Source of the DNA: a virus
DNA length: 64,000 nt
Virus record (IMG/VR): IMGVR_UViG_3300042908_000680
Span: 1-64,000 of that record
Strand: one strand, 5' to 3'
Shown here piece by piece: positions 35,994-47,700 of the stretch. Made by a program: the position numbers and the translations under genes. The stretch's first letter is position 1, and each line of letters begins with the position of its first letter. Below the pieces are notes generated by a model. It worked only from the letters and a program-made list of their open reading frames with translations, was not told the DNA's origin and did no database searches.

Positions 35994-36874
35994 AGATAAT
36001 TAAAGCAACATATGGTGGGGTTGACGTATCTGAAAAATTACAAAGCTGTGTCAAAAATAATAAATTATTTGTTCGCGCAGATAATAACTTATTTGGCGAT
36101 ACAAATGCTGGTGTTCTTAAATATCTAGATGTTGAACTTGAATATAATGGCGAAATACATAAATTAAGTACAGAAGAAAATAAAATGTTGATATTTCCAA
36201 AGAATGATATAAAAAAACTTGGAATTTTTTACTCAGATAATTTTGATACAAACATAAGATCATGTATTTTAGCATCACTTCAATCTATAGAAAAAGCAGC
36301 TTTAAATAAAGCAGATATAATAACAAATATGTGGTGGCCAGAGCCAGAGAATCCATTTTTGGAAATAATATCAACATCTCAGTCTAGATCCCATTTAAAT
36401 CAAGTATTGCAGATACTACAATTATTATTTACCGCTCAAACAATTAAAAACTACGAATACGTTAGTTTCTTAGAACACGATGTTTTATATGCAGAGGGAT
36501 ATTTTGATTATAATCATTTTGATGAAGATTATATAATAAACACAAATTATATAGGTATGAGAAAAGAAGGTTTTCAGTCTGTTAGACAAAACGACAAACC
36601 AACTAGTCAGATCACAATGAAATTTGATTTTGCTTTGAATCATTTCTTGAAGATATTACCAAATGCATTAATGCGAAACGCTGGCTCCCTAGAGCCACAT
36701 TGGTCAGATAGCATAAAGTATAGTTTTAAAGTATATAAAGCACTAAATCCAAATATCCATATTAATCATGGAAGACATTTTACATCTCATTTCGATTGTT
36801 TTTATCATGACTATCAACAAAATAATGATTACTGGGGTAATATTACAAAATATAACGATTTATTTTTTAGATAG
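35990..36874 (+). CDS. putative glycosyltransferase with N-terminal lectin-like domain
   Basis: IIKATYG...FGD...G..K.L N-domain; VSFLEHDVLY motif. Confidence 0.55.
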   Translation: MKIIKATYGGVDVSEKLQSCVKNNKLFVRADNNLFGDTNAGVLKYLDVELEYNGEIHKLSTEENKMLIFPKNDIKKLGIFYSDNFDTNIRSCILASLQSIEKAALNKADIITNMWWPEPENPFLEIISTSQSRSHLNQVLQILQLLFTAQTIKNYEYVSFLEHDVLYAEGYFDYNHFDEDYIINTNYIGMRKEGFQSVRQNDKPTSQITMKFDFALNHFLKILPNALMRNAGSLEPHWSDSIKYSFKVYKALNPNIHINHGRHFTSHFDCFYHDYQQNNDYWGNITKYNDLFFR

Positions 36875-36882
36875 GAAATAGT

Positions 36883-37536
36883 ATGAAAAAATATAAATAC
36901 AATATTGATGATTATAATTTAGTTGACATCATTAGATGCGCATTTAATATAAATCAATTAGACCAAATACATTCTATTTTAGATACAGATTTGGGTATAC
37001 CGACCGATCCAAGTCAAGATCAAACTACTATTTTTCACAAAATATTTTATCAGCTATACGAACAAGAAAATTCAGAATTTCTAAAAGTATACAATGACTT
37101 TGTTGCATATTTAATCTATAAGCATTTTGAAGATAAGAATATAGTTTATCAGTCTACACCAACATTTAGAGTACAAATTCCTAACAATATAGCTGTTGCA
37201 AAGTGGCATAAAGATAAAGCTTATAACCACTCACCTAAAGAAATCAATATATATCTCCCACTAACTAAAGCATTTGACTCTAATACAGTATGGGCTGAAA
37301 GCGAAGAAGACAAGGGCGATTATTCTCCAATGAATGCTGAGGTTGGAGAGTATTATATATGGGATGGGGCGAATTTAAATCATGGCAACAAAGAAAACAA
37401 AACGGGATTTAGTCGGGTTAGCCTAGACTTTAGACTTATTGATAAAAAGGATTTCGACTATGCTGGAACCAGTGTAACAACTAAGGTTCCCATGAAACTT
37501 GGACATTACTGGAAGGAATATAAGGGAAAAGCATGA
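36883..37536 (+). CDS. 2OG-Fe(II) dioxygenase-like (StrG-like) protein
   Basis: PTFRV, WHKD (HxD), NHGN and RVSLDFR motifs. Confidence 0.7.
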   Translation: MKKYKYNIDDYNLVDIIRCAFNINQLDQIHSILDTDLGIPTDPSQDQTTIFHKIFYQLYEQENSEFLKVYNDFVAYLIYKHFEDKNIVYQSTPTFRVQIPNNIAVAKWHKDKAYNHSPKEINIYLPLTKAFDSNTVWAESEEDKGDYSPMNAEVGEYYIWDGANLNHGNKENKTGFSRVSLDFRLIDKKDFDYAGTSVTTKVPMKLGHYWKEYKGKA

Positions 37537-38621
37537 AAGCTATAATATTCGGAATAACAGGACAAGATGGTAGCCACCTAGCAGATCTACTTCTAGATAA
37601 GGGGTACGATGTAATCGGGGTTACTCGACGCTCTAGTGTAGATAATACCCAAAGAATAAAGCATATATTGAATCATTCTAGGTTCCATCTAGTCGAGGGG
37701 GACATAACCGATTCTAGTAGTGTTTTGAATATTCTTCGTAATAACGAACATGTAGATGAAGTCTACAACCTCGCCGCTCAGTCTCATGTTGGAACCTCAT
37801 TCACTCAGCCTTCCCTAACTTGGGATATAACGGGCAAAGGGTGCTTAAATATATTGCAGACTATGGTAGATTTAGAGATGTTTGGCAGTAGGTTTTATCA
37901 AGCCTCCTCCAGCGAGATGTTTGGCAGAGCTTACGATACTGACAGGTATGGTACGAAATACCAAGATGAAAATACTAGGTTTTTACCTCAATCCCCTTAC
38001 GCTGTAGCAAAGTGTGCTTCCCATTACGCTGTTGGCTTATATCGTCAGGCTTATGGGATACATGGAAGTTGCGGCATACTATTTAACCACGAAGGCCCAA
38101 GGCGTGGAGATAACTTCGTTACCAAAAAAGTAGTAAATTGGGTAGTTTCTTTCATAGATTGGATACATGACACTAATATTACCAGTACTGAATATATTCA
38201 ATCTTTAGACAATAATATTGTATATAATGATGTGACCTTTCCTAAGTTGATGTTAGGTAATTTGGACGCTTATAGAGATTGGGGATATGCTGGAGATTAC
38301 GTAGAAGCTATGTGGCTAATGTTACAGCAAGATGAACCAGATGATTACGTTATATGTACAGAAAATACCTATTCTATTCGTGACTTATTAGATGCCGCTT
38401 TTGGCTATTTTGGTATTTATGATTGGAGTAATTATGTTGGAATAGATCCTAAATTCTACAGACCGGCAGAGGTAGATTACTTAAGAGGCAGATCAACAAA
38501 GGCTAAAGCTAAACTGGGATGGACACCAAAATATGACTTGAACAGTCTTATTAAGCTTATGATAGAAGAGAAAATTAATGAAAACCTACAGAATAATGCT
38601 CGACATATCAAATGTGTTTAG
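37533..38621 (+). CDS. gmd: GDP-mannose 4,6-dehydratase
   Basis: GITGQDGS, YNLAAQSHV, FYQASSSEMFG, SPYAVAK, LFNHE and RDWG motifs. Confidence 0.96.
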   Translation: MKAIIFGITGQDGSHLADLLLDKGYDVIGVTRRSSVDNTQRIKHILNHSRFHLVEGDITDSSSVLNILRNNEHVDEVYNLAAQSHVGTSFTQPSLTWDITGKGCLNILQTMVDLEMFGSRFYQASSSEMFGRAYDTDRYGTKYQDENTRFLPQSPYAVAKCASHYAVGLYRQAYGIHGSCGILFNHEGPRRGDNFVTKKVVNWVVSFIDWIHDTNITSTEYIQSLDNNIVYNDVTFPKLMLGNLDAYRDWGYAGDYVEAMWLMLQQDEPDDYVICTENTYSIRDLLDAAFGYFGIYDWSNYVGIDPKFYRPAEVDYLRGRSTKAKAKLGWTPKYDLNSLIKLMIEEKINENLQNNARHIKCV

Positions 38622-38826
38622 CAGAATAAGACATTTATTTCTTAAATCATATAATAGCCCATTTCCTACTATATTCGTAAACGCAGATGACCCAGATGAT
38701 GCATGTTTTGTAGTGTTAAACGATCTTATTAAAATTATTATGAAGCAAAATCCATCAATAGACATGAGAATAGCCTGCATAGAAATTAGAAGAAAATCCA
38801 GAATAGATAAAATATACGAATTATGA
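38578..38826 (+). CDS. hypothetical protein
   Basis: Overlap-coupled ORF. Confidence 0.55.
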   Translation: MKTYRIMLDISNVFSRIRHLFLKSYNSPFPTIFVNADDPDDACFVVLNDLIKIIMKQNPSIDMRIACIEIRRKSRIDKIYEL

Positions 38827-39083
38827 AAAGAAATTACGATGACCCCGCATACGAGAGCTTTAGGAAAGCCGTGTTAAATCGGGACAAAAGAAAGTGTATG
38901 ATGCCGGGATGTGGGAAAAAGCTATCCTTACAAGTACACCATATTAAAAAGTGGTCTAGAGCCAGCGCATTAAGATATGACGTTTCAAATGGTATAACAT
39001 TATGTAGGAAGTGCCATGACTCAATAAAGGGTTATGAACACCAATACGAATCATTATTTAGGATTATAGTCGATGACGTATAA
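38823..39083 (+). CDS. HNH endonuclease (packaging-associated type)
   Basis: RD...C..C...LQVHHI...NGITLCRKCH. Confidence 0.88.
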   Translation: MKRNYDDPAYESFRKAVLNRDKRKCMMPGCGKKLSLQVHHIKKWSRASALRYDVSNGITLCRKCHDSIKGYEHQYESLFRIIVDDV

Positions 39084-39573
39084 AGTTGCTCCACCATTCA
39101 CTGTTATAAAAGACACCAGAGAGCAGGACGGCTATTTTTTTAGCGAGTTCAATACTTGCGCTGGAATGATAGATCAAAAGCTGGATACTGGTGATTATTC
39201 CATACTTGGAATGGAAGACAAAATATGTATAGAAAGAAAGGGTTGCGTTGAGGAACTAGCAGTTAATCTAGGACAAAAGAAACATGCATTCTTAGCTGAA
39301 GTAGAGCGAATGACACCATTCCCTCATAAATTTATTGTCTTAGAATTTTCTTTAGAAGACCTCATCAAGTTCCCTGACGAAACAAGAATACCAGTTAAGA
39401 ACAAGGGAGCTTTGAAGATTACTGGTAAATATATGTTAAAATGTTTGTTTGAATTTCAGCTATATAACAACGTTCAAATATTATTTTGTGGTAATAAATA
39501 TAATGCTTTTCTTGCAGTCAGTAGTATACTAAAAAGAGTAAATGAAATGTACACAATAGGGAGGAAGAAATGA
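39073..39573 (+). CDS. ERCC4-domain nuclease
   Basis: DTREQ, LDTGDYS and IERK motifs. Confidence 0.85.
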   Translation: MTYKVAPPFTVIKDTREQDGYFFSEFNTCAGMIDQKLDTGDYSILGMEDKICIERKGCVEELAVNLGQKKHAFLAEVERMTPFPHKFIVLEFSLEDLIKFPDETRIPVKNKGALKITGKYMLKCLFEFQLYNNVQILFCGNKYNAFLAVSSILKRVNEMYTIGRKK

Positions 39574-40211
39574 TGGAACCAGAACTATTGAAAGATTTTC
39601 ATGACTATGGAGCTAATATTGCCACAAGGGAAATATTTCTTCACAATCATTACCATTCTGAAGATAATCAAAATCCCGGCGTTGAATATAGGATGTCTAA
39701 TACCTTCATTAAGAACTTAAGGGCATTAGATATGAGAAGCAATGCAAATATAACTATTCATTGCCATAGCATTGGTGGCGAATGGGCTGATGGTATGGCG
39801 ATATATGATGCTATACAGATGTGTAGATCATATGTTACTATTATCATATATGGTCAAGCTGAATCTATGAGTAGTATTTTTATGCAAGCCGCAGATTACA
39901 GATATATGACTCCCAATTCTCATTTTATGTCTCATTATGGCTCTGTTGATATTAATACTGATTATTTAAGTGCTATAAGCGAGTCTGACTATCATAGAAC
40001 TACTGCTGATACTATGTTTAATGTATATGCTGGTAGATGCGTAGAGGGCAAATTCTTCTATGAAAAGTTTGGTAAGAAGCCAAGCGTCAAGCAGGTTCGT
40101 CAGTACTTAATAAGAAAGCTAAAGTCTGGAGATTGGTATTTAAACGCAGAACAAGCTGTTTATTATGGTTTTGCTGATTCTATATTACGGAACTGGCATT
40201 TCACAGAATGA
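39570..40211 (+). CDS. clpP: ClpP-like protease
   Basis: HSIGGE...GMAIYDAI...GQAESMSS (catalytic Ser), FMSH and DWYLNAEQAVYYGFADSI. Confidence 0.85.
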   Translation: MMEPELLKDFHDYGANIATREIFLHNHYHSEDNQNPGVEYRMSNTFIKNLRALDMRSNANITIHCHSIGGEWADGMAIYDAIQMCRSYVTIIIYGQAESMSSIFMQAADYRYMTPNSHFMSHYGSVDINTDYLSAISESDYHRTTADTMFNVYAGRCVEGKFFYEKFGKKPSVKQVRQYLIRKLKSGDWYLNAEQAVYYGFADSILRNWHFTE

Positions 40212-42196
40212 AAAAAGATAATCTTAAAACAATAGATGAGGCATGGTTAGGATTAGATGTCATAGAAGCTGACATTTTTAATCCTATGTCTATTATTAAC
40301 CCATCAGATGATGACTTTCATCTTAAGTTGTCTTGGTTAATGAGTAGACCCGAATATCTACCATTTTTATGTCATCAAGTACTTAATATACAGCTTTTAC
40401 CATCTCAGTCATTAATTATGCATGAGTTGTGGAATAGAAAGTTCCCCATGTTAATTGGTAGTCGAGGTCTTGGTAAGTCGTTCCAGTTAGCCCTTTATTC
40501 TATATTAAGAGCTATGTTAATGCCCAAACGAAAGATTGTTATTGTTGGTGCTGCATTTAGACAGTCCAAGGTTTTATTTGAATACATGGAAACTATCTGG
40601 CGTAATGCCCCAATGTTAAGAGATATGTGTGATGGCAATAGCGGCCCCACTAGAGATGTTGACAGATGTACTATGAGGATTAATGAGAGTGTTATAACCT
40701 GTTTGCCACTAGGTGACGGTCAAAAGATTAGAGGTCAACGCGCTAACGATATCGTTGCAGACGAATTTGCTTCTATTCCTAGAGATATATTCGAAAATGT
40801 AGTCGCGGGCTTTGCTGCTGTTAGTGCTGATCCTGTGCAAAATGTTAAGAGAATATCCGCAAGAAAGAAGGCGGCAGAGCTTGGAATAGAAATAGAAACT
40901 GAAGAAGAGAATACAGAGATAAAAGATAATCAAATTATTCTTTCTGGTACTGCTTATTATGATTTTAATCATTTTGCTACCTACTGGAAAAAGTGGAAAG
41001 CTATTATAAAAAGTCGTGGAAATAGAGCCAAGTTAACCGAAGTATTTAGTGGAGAACAACCCCCAGATACATTTGATTGGCGACAATATTCTATAATAAG
41101 AATACCATATGAACTATTACCAGTTGGCTTTATGGATGCTGATCAAGTGGCAAGATCAAAAGCCACAGTACATGCTGGTATTTATCAGATGGAATATGGG
41201 GCTTGTTTTACTAGGGATAGTCAGGGCTTCTTTAAAAGATCATTAATAGAGTCTTGCGTTGTTGGTAGTAATGAGAATCCCGTTATGGACTCTAAGGGCG
41301 ACATTATAAAATTTGAGGCATGTCTTATTGGTGAGACAAATAAAAGATATGTTTTTGGTGTTGACCCCGCATCTGAAGTAGATAATTTTAGTATTGTAGT
41401 CTTAGAGATTGGCGGAGATTATCGTAAGATAGTTCATTGCTGGACAACAACAAGACAAGAGCATAAAGAGAAAGTAAAGAAGGGATATGCTAAAGAATCA
41501 GATTTCTATGCATATTGTGCGAGAAAAATTAGGGACTTAATGAGACTCTTCCCATGCGTTCATATTTCTATGGATGCTCAAGGTGGTGGTGTTGCAATTA
41601 TGGAATCGTTACACGACAAAGATAAAATTAAAGATGATGAAATGCCAATTTGGCCTACTATTGATGATGATAAGCCCAAAGATACAGACGGAGAAAGAGG
41701 GTTACACATATTAGAAATGTGTCAATTTGCCAGATATGATTGGCTAGCAGAAGCTAATCACGGAATGAGAAAAGATTTTGAAGATAAAGTTTTGTTATTT
41801 CCATTTTTTGATTCTATAACACTTGGATTATCAAGCTCTGAAGATGGTTTAAAAAGCAGAATGTTTGACACTTTAGAAGAGTGCGTCATGGATATAGAAG
41901 AACTTAAGGATGAATTATCTATGATCCAGATGACCCAAACATCTAATGGTAGAGACAGATGGGACACTCCAGAGGTTATAGTTGGAACTGGTAGAAAAAG
42001 TAAAATGAGAAAAGATAGATATTCTGCACTCTTAATGGCTAATATGGCTGGCAGAATAATACACAGGACTCCAACCCCAGAAACCTATCAGTTTTATGGC
42101 GGTTTTGCTACTGGTGGTCATGTTCCAGCAAAAGAAGACGAAAAGCTATATATTGGCCCCAGTTGGTTCTCTGATAACATGAAAGATGTGTATTAA
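40208..42196 (+). CDS. terL: terminase large subunit
   Basis: Walker A GSRGLGKS, IRGQRA, Walker B IVADE, coupling motif SGT, nuclease FGVDPA and KDRYSA. Confidence 0.88.
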   Translation: MKKDNLKTIDEAWLGLDVIEADIFNPMSIINPSDDDFHLKLSWLMSRPEYLPFLCHQVLNIQLLPSQSLIMHELWNRKFPMLIGSRGLGKSFQLALYSILRAMLMPKRKIVIVGAAFRQSKVLFEYMETIWRNAPMLRDMCDGNSGPTRDVDRCTMRINESVITCLPLGDGQKIRGQRANDIVADEFASIPRDIFENVVAGFAAVSADPVQNVKRISARKKAAELGIEIETEEENTEIKDNQIILSGTAYYDFNHFATYWKKWKAIIKSRGNRAKLTEVFSGEQPPDTFDWRQYSIIRIPYELLPVGFMDADQVARSKATVHAGIYQMEYGACFTRDSQGFFKRSLIESCVVGSNENPVMDSKGDIIKFEACLIGETNKRYVFGVDPASEVDNFSIVVLEIGGDYRKIVHCWTTTRQEHKEKVKKGYAKESDFYAYCARKIRDLMRLFPCVHISMDAQGGGVAIMESLHDKDKIKDDEMPIWPTIDDDKPKDTDGERGLHILEMCQFARYDWLAEANHGMRKDFEDKVLLFPFFDSITLGLSSSEDGLKSRMFDTLEECVMDIEELKDELSMIQMTQTSNGRDRWDTPEVIVGTGRKSKMRKDRYSALLMANMAGRIIHRTPTPETYQFYGGFATGGHVPAKEDEKLYIGPSWFSDNMKDVY

Positions 42197-42235
42197 AAAG
42201 TAGCATTCCGATTACATTCCAATTAAGGAAAAATT

Positions 42236-44329
42236 ATGAGTGAAGAAGACATGATAACTTGGTCAGATGACAATTTTTCTAGCAAATCTAATGCTATGGA
42301 GAGGTTGTCCGACAATATCAACTCTTATTCTGGCTTGAATAAATCTACTGGTAGCGATGCTTATAGAACCTTTATAGACATTGAGCCAAATAGGTCAGTA
42401 AGACCCGGTTTTAATAAACTTGATTATTACGCATTTAGACAAACCGAGTCTGTACCCACGCAACAACGACGCATTATTAAGATGTGCATGGATGCTTATG
42501 ATAAAGTTGGCATTATACGAAATATTATTGACTTAATGGGCGATTTCGGAAGTCAAGGGATAAGTATTGTTCACCCCAATAAAACAGTTGAAAAATTCTA
42601 CCAACAATGGTTTAAGAGTGTAAATGGGAAAGAAAGATCAGAAAGATTCTTAAATAATCTTTACAAAACTGGCAATGTGATTATGTATCGCAGTTATGCC
42701 AATGTGACTCCAGAGCTTGAAAAGTACATGAAGTCTCTAGCAAAGGATATTAAGGTTGAAACTCCAAACATTAAGCAGAATCAGATTCCTTGGAGATATA
42801 ACTTCTTTAGTCCTCTTAGTGTAGAGTTAAAAGATGGTAAGTTAGCACTGTTCATGGGTATCTCAAATTATACCTTGAGTGCTGGAACATTCTTAGATAC
42901 TTTTCAGTCAGGCTCACTTCCCAACGATGTTCTTGATAGCTTGCCAACTGATATTAAGAAGGCATTGCTAAACAAAGAAAAAAGAATCCCACTTGATTCA
43001 GAAAGACTTTGCGTTTTTCATTATAAGAAAGATGATTGGCAGATGTGGGCAAATCCCATGATCTATGCTATCCTAGATGATATTATTATGTTAGAAAAAA
43101 TGAGATTAGCAGATATGTCCGCTTTGGATGGTGCTATATCTAATATTCGTCTATGGACACTTGGCAATCTTGAGCATAAAATTTTACCCAACAAAACAGC
43201 TATTAATAAATTACGAGATATTCTATCCAGTAATGTTGGTGGTGGCACGATGGAATTAGTTTGGGGGCCAGAACTATCCTTCAAAGAATCTAGCAGTGAA
43301 GTATACAAATTCCTTGGTTCTGAAAAATATACTTCGGTACTCAATAGTATATATGCTGGGTTGGGTGTTCCTCCAACATTAACTGGTATGGCTACTGGCG
43401 GTGGCGGCTTTACTAATAACTTCATTTCGCTCAAAACTCTAGTAGAAAGACTTCAGTATGGTAGAGATCAGTTAACTAGATTTTGGGAAAAAGAAATTGA
43501 AATGGTTAGACAGGCTATGGGTTTTAGATACAAAGCCTATATTCAGTTTGATCAAATGACTTTATCAGACGAAGCCGCAGAGAAAGCTCTTCTATTACAA
43601 CTTGTGGATAGAGATATCATCAGTCAAGAGACTGTTCTTGAAAGATTTAAGGAGATTCCTCAGATCGAAAAGATTAGACTACAAAGAGAATTTGACGAGA
43701 GGCAGGGCGAAGATACTCCAGATAAAGCTGGACCATTCCATAATGCTAATCATAAAATGGATCTTGAAAAGATTGCTTTACAAGGAGGAAAAGTTAATCC
43801 ACAGGATGTTGGTTTAAAGACCAGTGTTCCAAAAGATATCTTGATGCCAAAACCAGTAGCACCCGGTGGAGGTCTTCCTAATGCGCCTAAACCTAGCAAT
43901 CCAAACGGCAGACCACAATTTAAAAAAGATAATGGACCAAGAAAGCAAAGAGTAGCAACGCCAAAAAAGAAACCGGGAGTAGCTGAATTTGTATATTGGG
44001 CAGAAGAAAGTTGGAAAGAAATCTCAGACGTTCTTACTGACGCATATCTAAATTCTAAATCTAAAAAGAACTTAAGGCAGCTAACAAAGTCAGAAGTAAA
44101 AGAGCTTGAAAAATTAAAAGTAGATGTTCTAACTAATGTAGATATAATGTCTGAAGTAAATGCTACTTCAATAAGAGATATACTTAGTGAGAATAGAAAA
44201 ACCCCTATGGTATTTGCTAGCGTTCTACAAGAAGAAAGTATTAATCCAGAGTTCATGAATATTGACAAGTATAGAATGCGTGTCATAAGTTTATATATCC
44301 AATCACAATTAGCAGAAATGGAAGAATAA
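42236..44329 (+). CDS. portal protein
   Basis: Follows TerL; size, helical core and IYAGLGVP motif consistent with a portal. Confidence 0.7.
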   Translation: MSEEDMITWSDDNFSSKSNAMERLSDNINSYSGLNKSTGSDAYRTFIDIEPNRSVRPGFNKLDYYAFRQTESVPTQQRRIIKMCMDAYDKVGIIRNIIDLMGDFGSQGISIVHPNKTVEKFYQQWFKSVNGKERSERFLNNLYKTGNVIMYRSYANVTPELEKYMKSLAKDIKVETPNIKQNQIPWRYNFFSPLSVELKDGKLALFMGISNYTLSAGTFLDTFQSGSLPNDVLDSLPTDIKKALLNKEKRIPLDSERLCVFHYKKDDWQMWANPMIYAILDDIIMLEKMRLADMSALDGAISNIRLWTLGNLEHKILPNKTAINKLRDILSSNVGGGTMELVWGPELSFKESSSEVYKFLGSEKYTSVLNSIYAGLGVPPTLTGMATGGGGFTNNFISLKTLVERLQYGRDQLTRFWEKEIEMVRQAMGFRYKAYIQFDQMTLSDEAAEKALLLQLVDRDIISQETVLERFKEIPQIEKIRLQREFDERQGEDTPDKAGPFHNANHKMDLEKIALQGGKVNPQDVGLKTSVPKDILMPKPVAPGGGLPNAPKPSNPNGRPQFKKDNGPRKQRVATPKKKPGVAEFVYWAEESWKEISDVLTDAYLNSKSKKNLRQLTKSEVKELEKLKVDVLTNVDIMSEVNATSIRDILSENRKTPMVFASVLQEESINPEFMNIDKYRMRVISLYIQSQLAEMEE

Positions 44330-44330
44330 G

Positions 44331-44726
44331 ATGGCAGCTGCAAAATATGATTTTGATGTTGAACAGGGTTCTTCTTACAACCTAACATTCATTTATAAAA
44401 ATAATGCAGGCACACCAATTGATATTACTAACTGGTGCGCCAGAATGCTAATTACGACCAGCGATAATCAAACAATAACTTATACCTCTGGAAACTCTAA
44501 TTCAGACTATAAAATGTCTATAGATGGAGTCAATGGTAAGATCACTCTTATGTTACCAGCTTCTACCACCAATAATTTTACATTCAAAACAGCAAAATAT
44601 GATTTTGAGTTAGAATCAAATGATATCTTCTATACTAACGGCGGTCAGTATACTACCAGAGTTTTATTTGGTCTTATAACAATTATCAAAAGAAATAGCA
44701 AAAATTCTACCCAAATGGAGTGCTAA
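44331..44726 (+). CDS. virion structural protein (beta-sandwich)
   Basis: YDFDVEQGS...PIDIT...YDFEL motif common in phage structural genes. Confidence 0.55.
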   Translation: MAAAKYDFDVEQGSSYNLTFIYKNNAGTPIDITNWCARMLITTSDNQTITYTSGNSNSDYKMSIDGVNGKITLMLPASTTNNFTFKTAKYDFELESNDIFYTNGGQYTTRVLFGLITIIKRNSKNSTQMEC

Positions 44727-47700
44727 ATGAGCAACTACACTATAGAAGTCACTGAAAATGTAGTTAATCTTGATGTTCTCAAAGATCATGATGTTATTAT
44801 AGAGATAAAATCCTCTGATAACTTTATTACATTTGATACCCCCAGCGGCTATCCTATATTATTTACTAGCGGAACTCTTCCCGTTAGTAGAGTTGGTAGT
44901 GGATACTTAATTGAAAATTTAACTAGCGGTAATACTATAGTTAGAACATTTGGTGATCAAGTAGTAAGTGGCTCTAAAATATTCAATGGAGATATTATAT
45001 CTTCTGGAAATTCATCTTTCAAATTTCAGCCAACTTCACTAGCTCCATCTTATTTTCCAGTACTAATATCTGACCCATCGACTTTTTCTCGTCAAGTCTA
45101 CACAAGAACTTCTTCTCAAGTTAAGTCTGATTTTGGACTTAACAATGTACAAAATATTGCGTTATCTGGCTTAAATTTTTCTGCTGGTAGCGGCTTAGTT
45201 GGTGGTGGTGATTTATCGGCTAGCAGAAGTTTTGATATTGGTGCTGGCGACGGCATTTCTGTTGGTGCTGATAGTATTTCGGTTGATTCTACCGTTGTCA
45301 GAGCTAATAACATAGATCAAAGTATTAGTGGAATAAAAAGTTTTATTAATACCTCTGGCACAAGATTTACTACTGGTGGATCATCAAGTAAAGATATTAT
45401 ACTTAGACCAGTTAGCGGTGTAACATCTAACAATTCTATTACTATTTCTCCGCACACTAATATAGTTTCTAATAGAACTTACCATCTTCCAGAAGCCGGT
45501 GCTGATGCGGACTTCGTTATGACCGCTGGTAGTCAAATTATTACCGGATCAAAAGCTTTTACTAGCTCCATAATATTTAACAGCGGCACATTTAATTCTC
45601 TTAGAGTTGGAGCTACACCCGTTGCACTTAGCGGACACACTCATACTAGTTTTGCATATCTTAATATAGGATCTCCTAATATAACCAATTATTTAACCAT
45701 ACAAGTTCCCGGCGGTTATGCTGCTGGCGTTTATCAAGATAATGCATTTTTTCAAATAATTAATAATGATTCTGGAGATACTGTTTTTGGTGTTGATGGA
45801 TATGGCAGAATAATTTTTGGCACAATTGACGCTTATAATGTCAATGGTTTAAATGATGCTATATCTTTACAAATCCCAACAAGCATAGTTTATACTTCTG
45901 GCAATCAAAGTATTAGTGGCGTAAAAACTTTTACCAATAATATAAACGTTAGCGGATTAATAACAGCTAATAGTGGAAACTTTACAAATAGTCTCAACGT
46001 TAATGGCACTAGTGTCAGTATTAGTGGCCATACCCACACCTCCTCAAACATAACAGATTTCAATAGTAGTGTTAGCGGATTATTACCAATAACATTATTA
46101 ACCGCTGGTAGTGGTATTGGTATATCTGGCGTTGGTTCTAATTATACAATATCTACTACTGGAACATTTGGTTTAACTCAAACTCAAGTAGATTCTAGAG
46201 TAAATACTTTAACTAGTGGAATTTATGCTCCTCTCACTGGAGCTGTTTTTACTGGTATCATTAGTGGACCAAGTGGTAGTTTTACATCTTTAAAAGTATC
46301 TAATGTCGATGTTTCTGTTAGTGGACATACTCACAATATATCTGATATTACATCGCTACAAACAACTCTTGACAACAAACAGCCATCTGGAAATTATGCC
46401 CTTAGCTCTCATAATCATATATCCAGCAATATAACAGATTTTAATACTAGTGTAAGTGGATTAGTGAATGGTATATATGCCCCATTAAGTAGTCCATCAC
46501 TTACAGGAACTCCATTAACTCCAACAGCAAATGCTGGAACTAATAATACTCAAATTGCTAGTACAGCATTTGTTCGCACAGAAATAAGTAATTTAGTGGC
46601 TTCTGCTCCAACTGCACTAGATACTCTCAACGAATTAGCAACTGCTTTAGGTAATGATGCTAATTTCTCTACCACCGTCACAAATAATCTTGCTGGAAAA
46701 GCTAATCTAAGTGGTGCAACATTTACTGGAAGTATTAGTGGCCCCAGCGGAAACTTTACTTCACTAAAAGTTAACAATGTTGATGTTAGTGCTAATGGTC
46801 ATACTCACACATCTTCTGACATTACTAATTTTAACTCAGCCGTCAGCGGTTTGCTTCCAACTATAGCCAATAGTGGTGACAATAGATTACTAACCAGCAC
46901 CGGATCAACTGTTGGGATTAATGCTGAAAGTAATTTAACATTTAATGGGTCTTTGTTAGCAGTTAGTGGTAATCTGGTCGCTAATACTGGTACTATTAAT
47001 AGTTTAAACTTTAATAATATTGGAGATCCCGACCTTTCAATAAGACAATTAGCTTGGAATAATAGCGAGGGAAGTTTGGCTGTAGGCTTAAGTGATACTT
47101 ATGAAATGTTTCTTGGTGGAGAATTACATTACAGAGTAAGAAACAATACTGGTTCCTCAATATTAGCCGGTACAGCAGTTTACGCAACAGGATTAACTCC
47201 GGGAGGAAATAATAGAATAGAAATTGCTCCCAAAGCTGCTGACGGATCAATAAGAGAAGTTCGATTTATGGGTCTGGTCACAGAAAATATTGATAACGGA
47301 GTTAATGGATTTACAACTCACTTTGGATATATCAGAAATATTGACACTAGGGGTGATTATGCTGCTAACGGAGCAACTAATAAAGTATGGGCCTCTGGTG
47401 AGCCTGTCTGGGCAGAAGGAGATATTCTTTATATTCATCCCACGGCAGAAGGTAAATTAACTAAAATAGAGCCAAAGCATAGTATTAGTGTTGCTATAAT
47501 TCTTAATCGTCATCAAAATCAAGGCAAGCTTTTTGTTAGACCAACTAGTTATGGTCATTTGGGTGATAATCACGATGTTGACGTAAGCGGAGCAACAAAC
47601 GGTCAGTTTCTACAATACAACTCTACTACAGATTATTGGGTTCCTAGTAGTAGCGGAAACTTTACTTCTTTAAGTGTAAATAGCACCGGGGTAAGCATTA

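Noticed and set aside
40208-42196. Intein or intron in terL
   Set aside because: Continuous ORF of ordinary size with no intein splice motifs evident.
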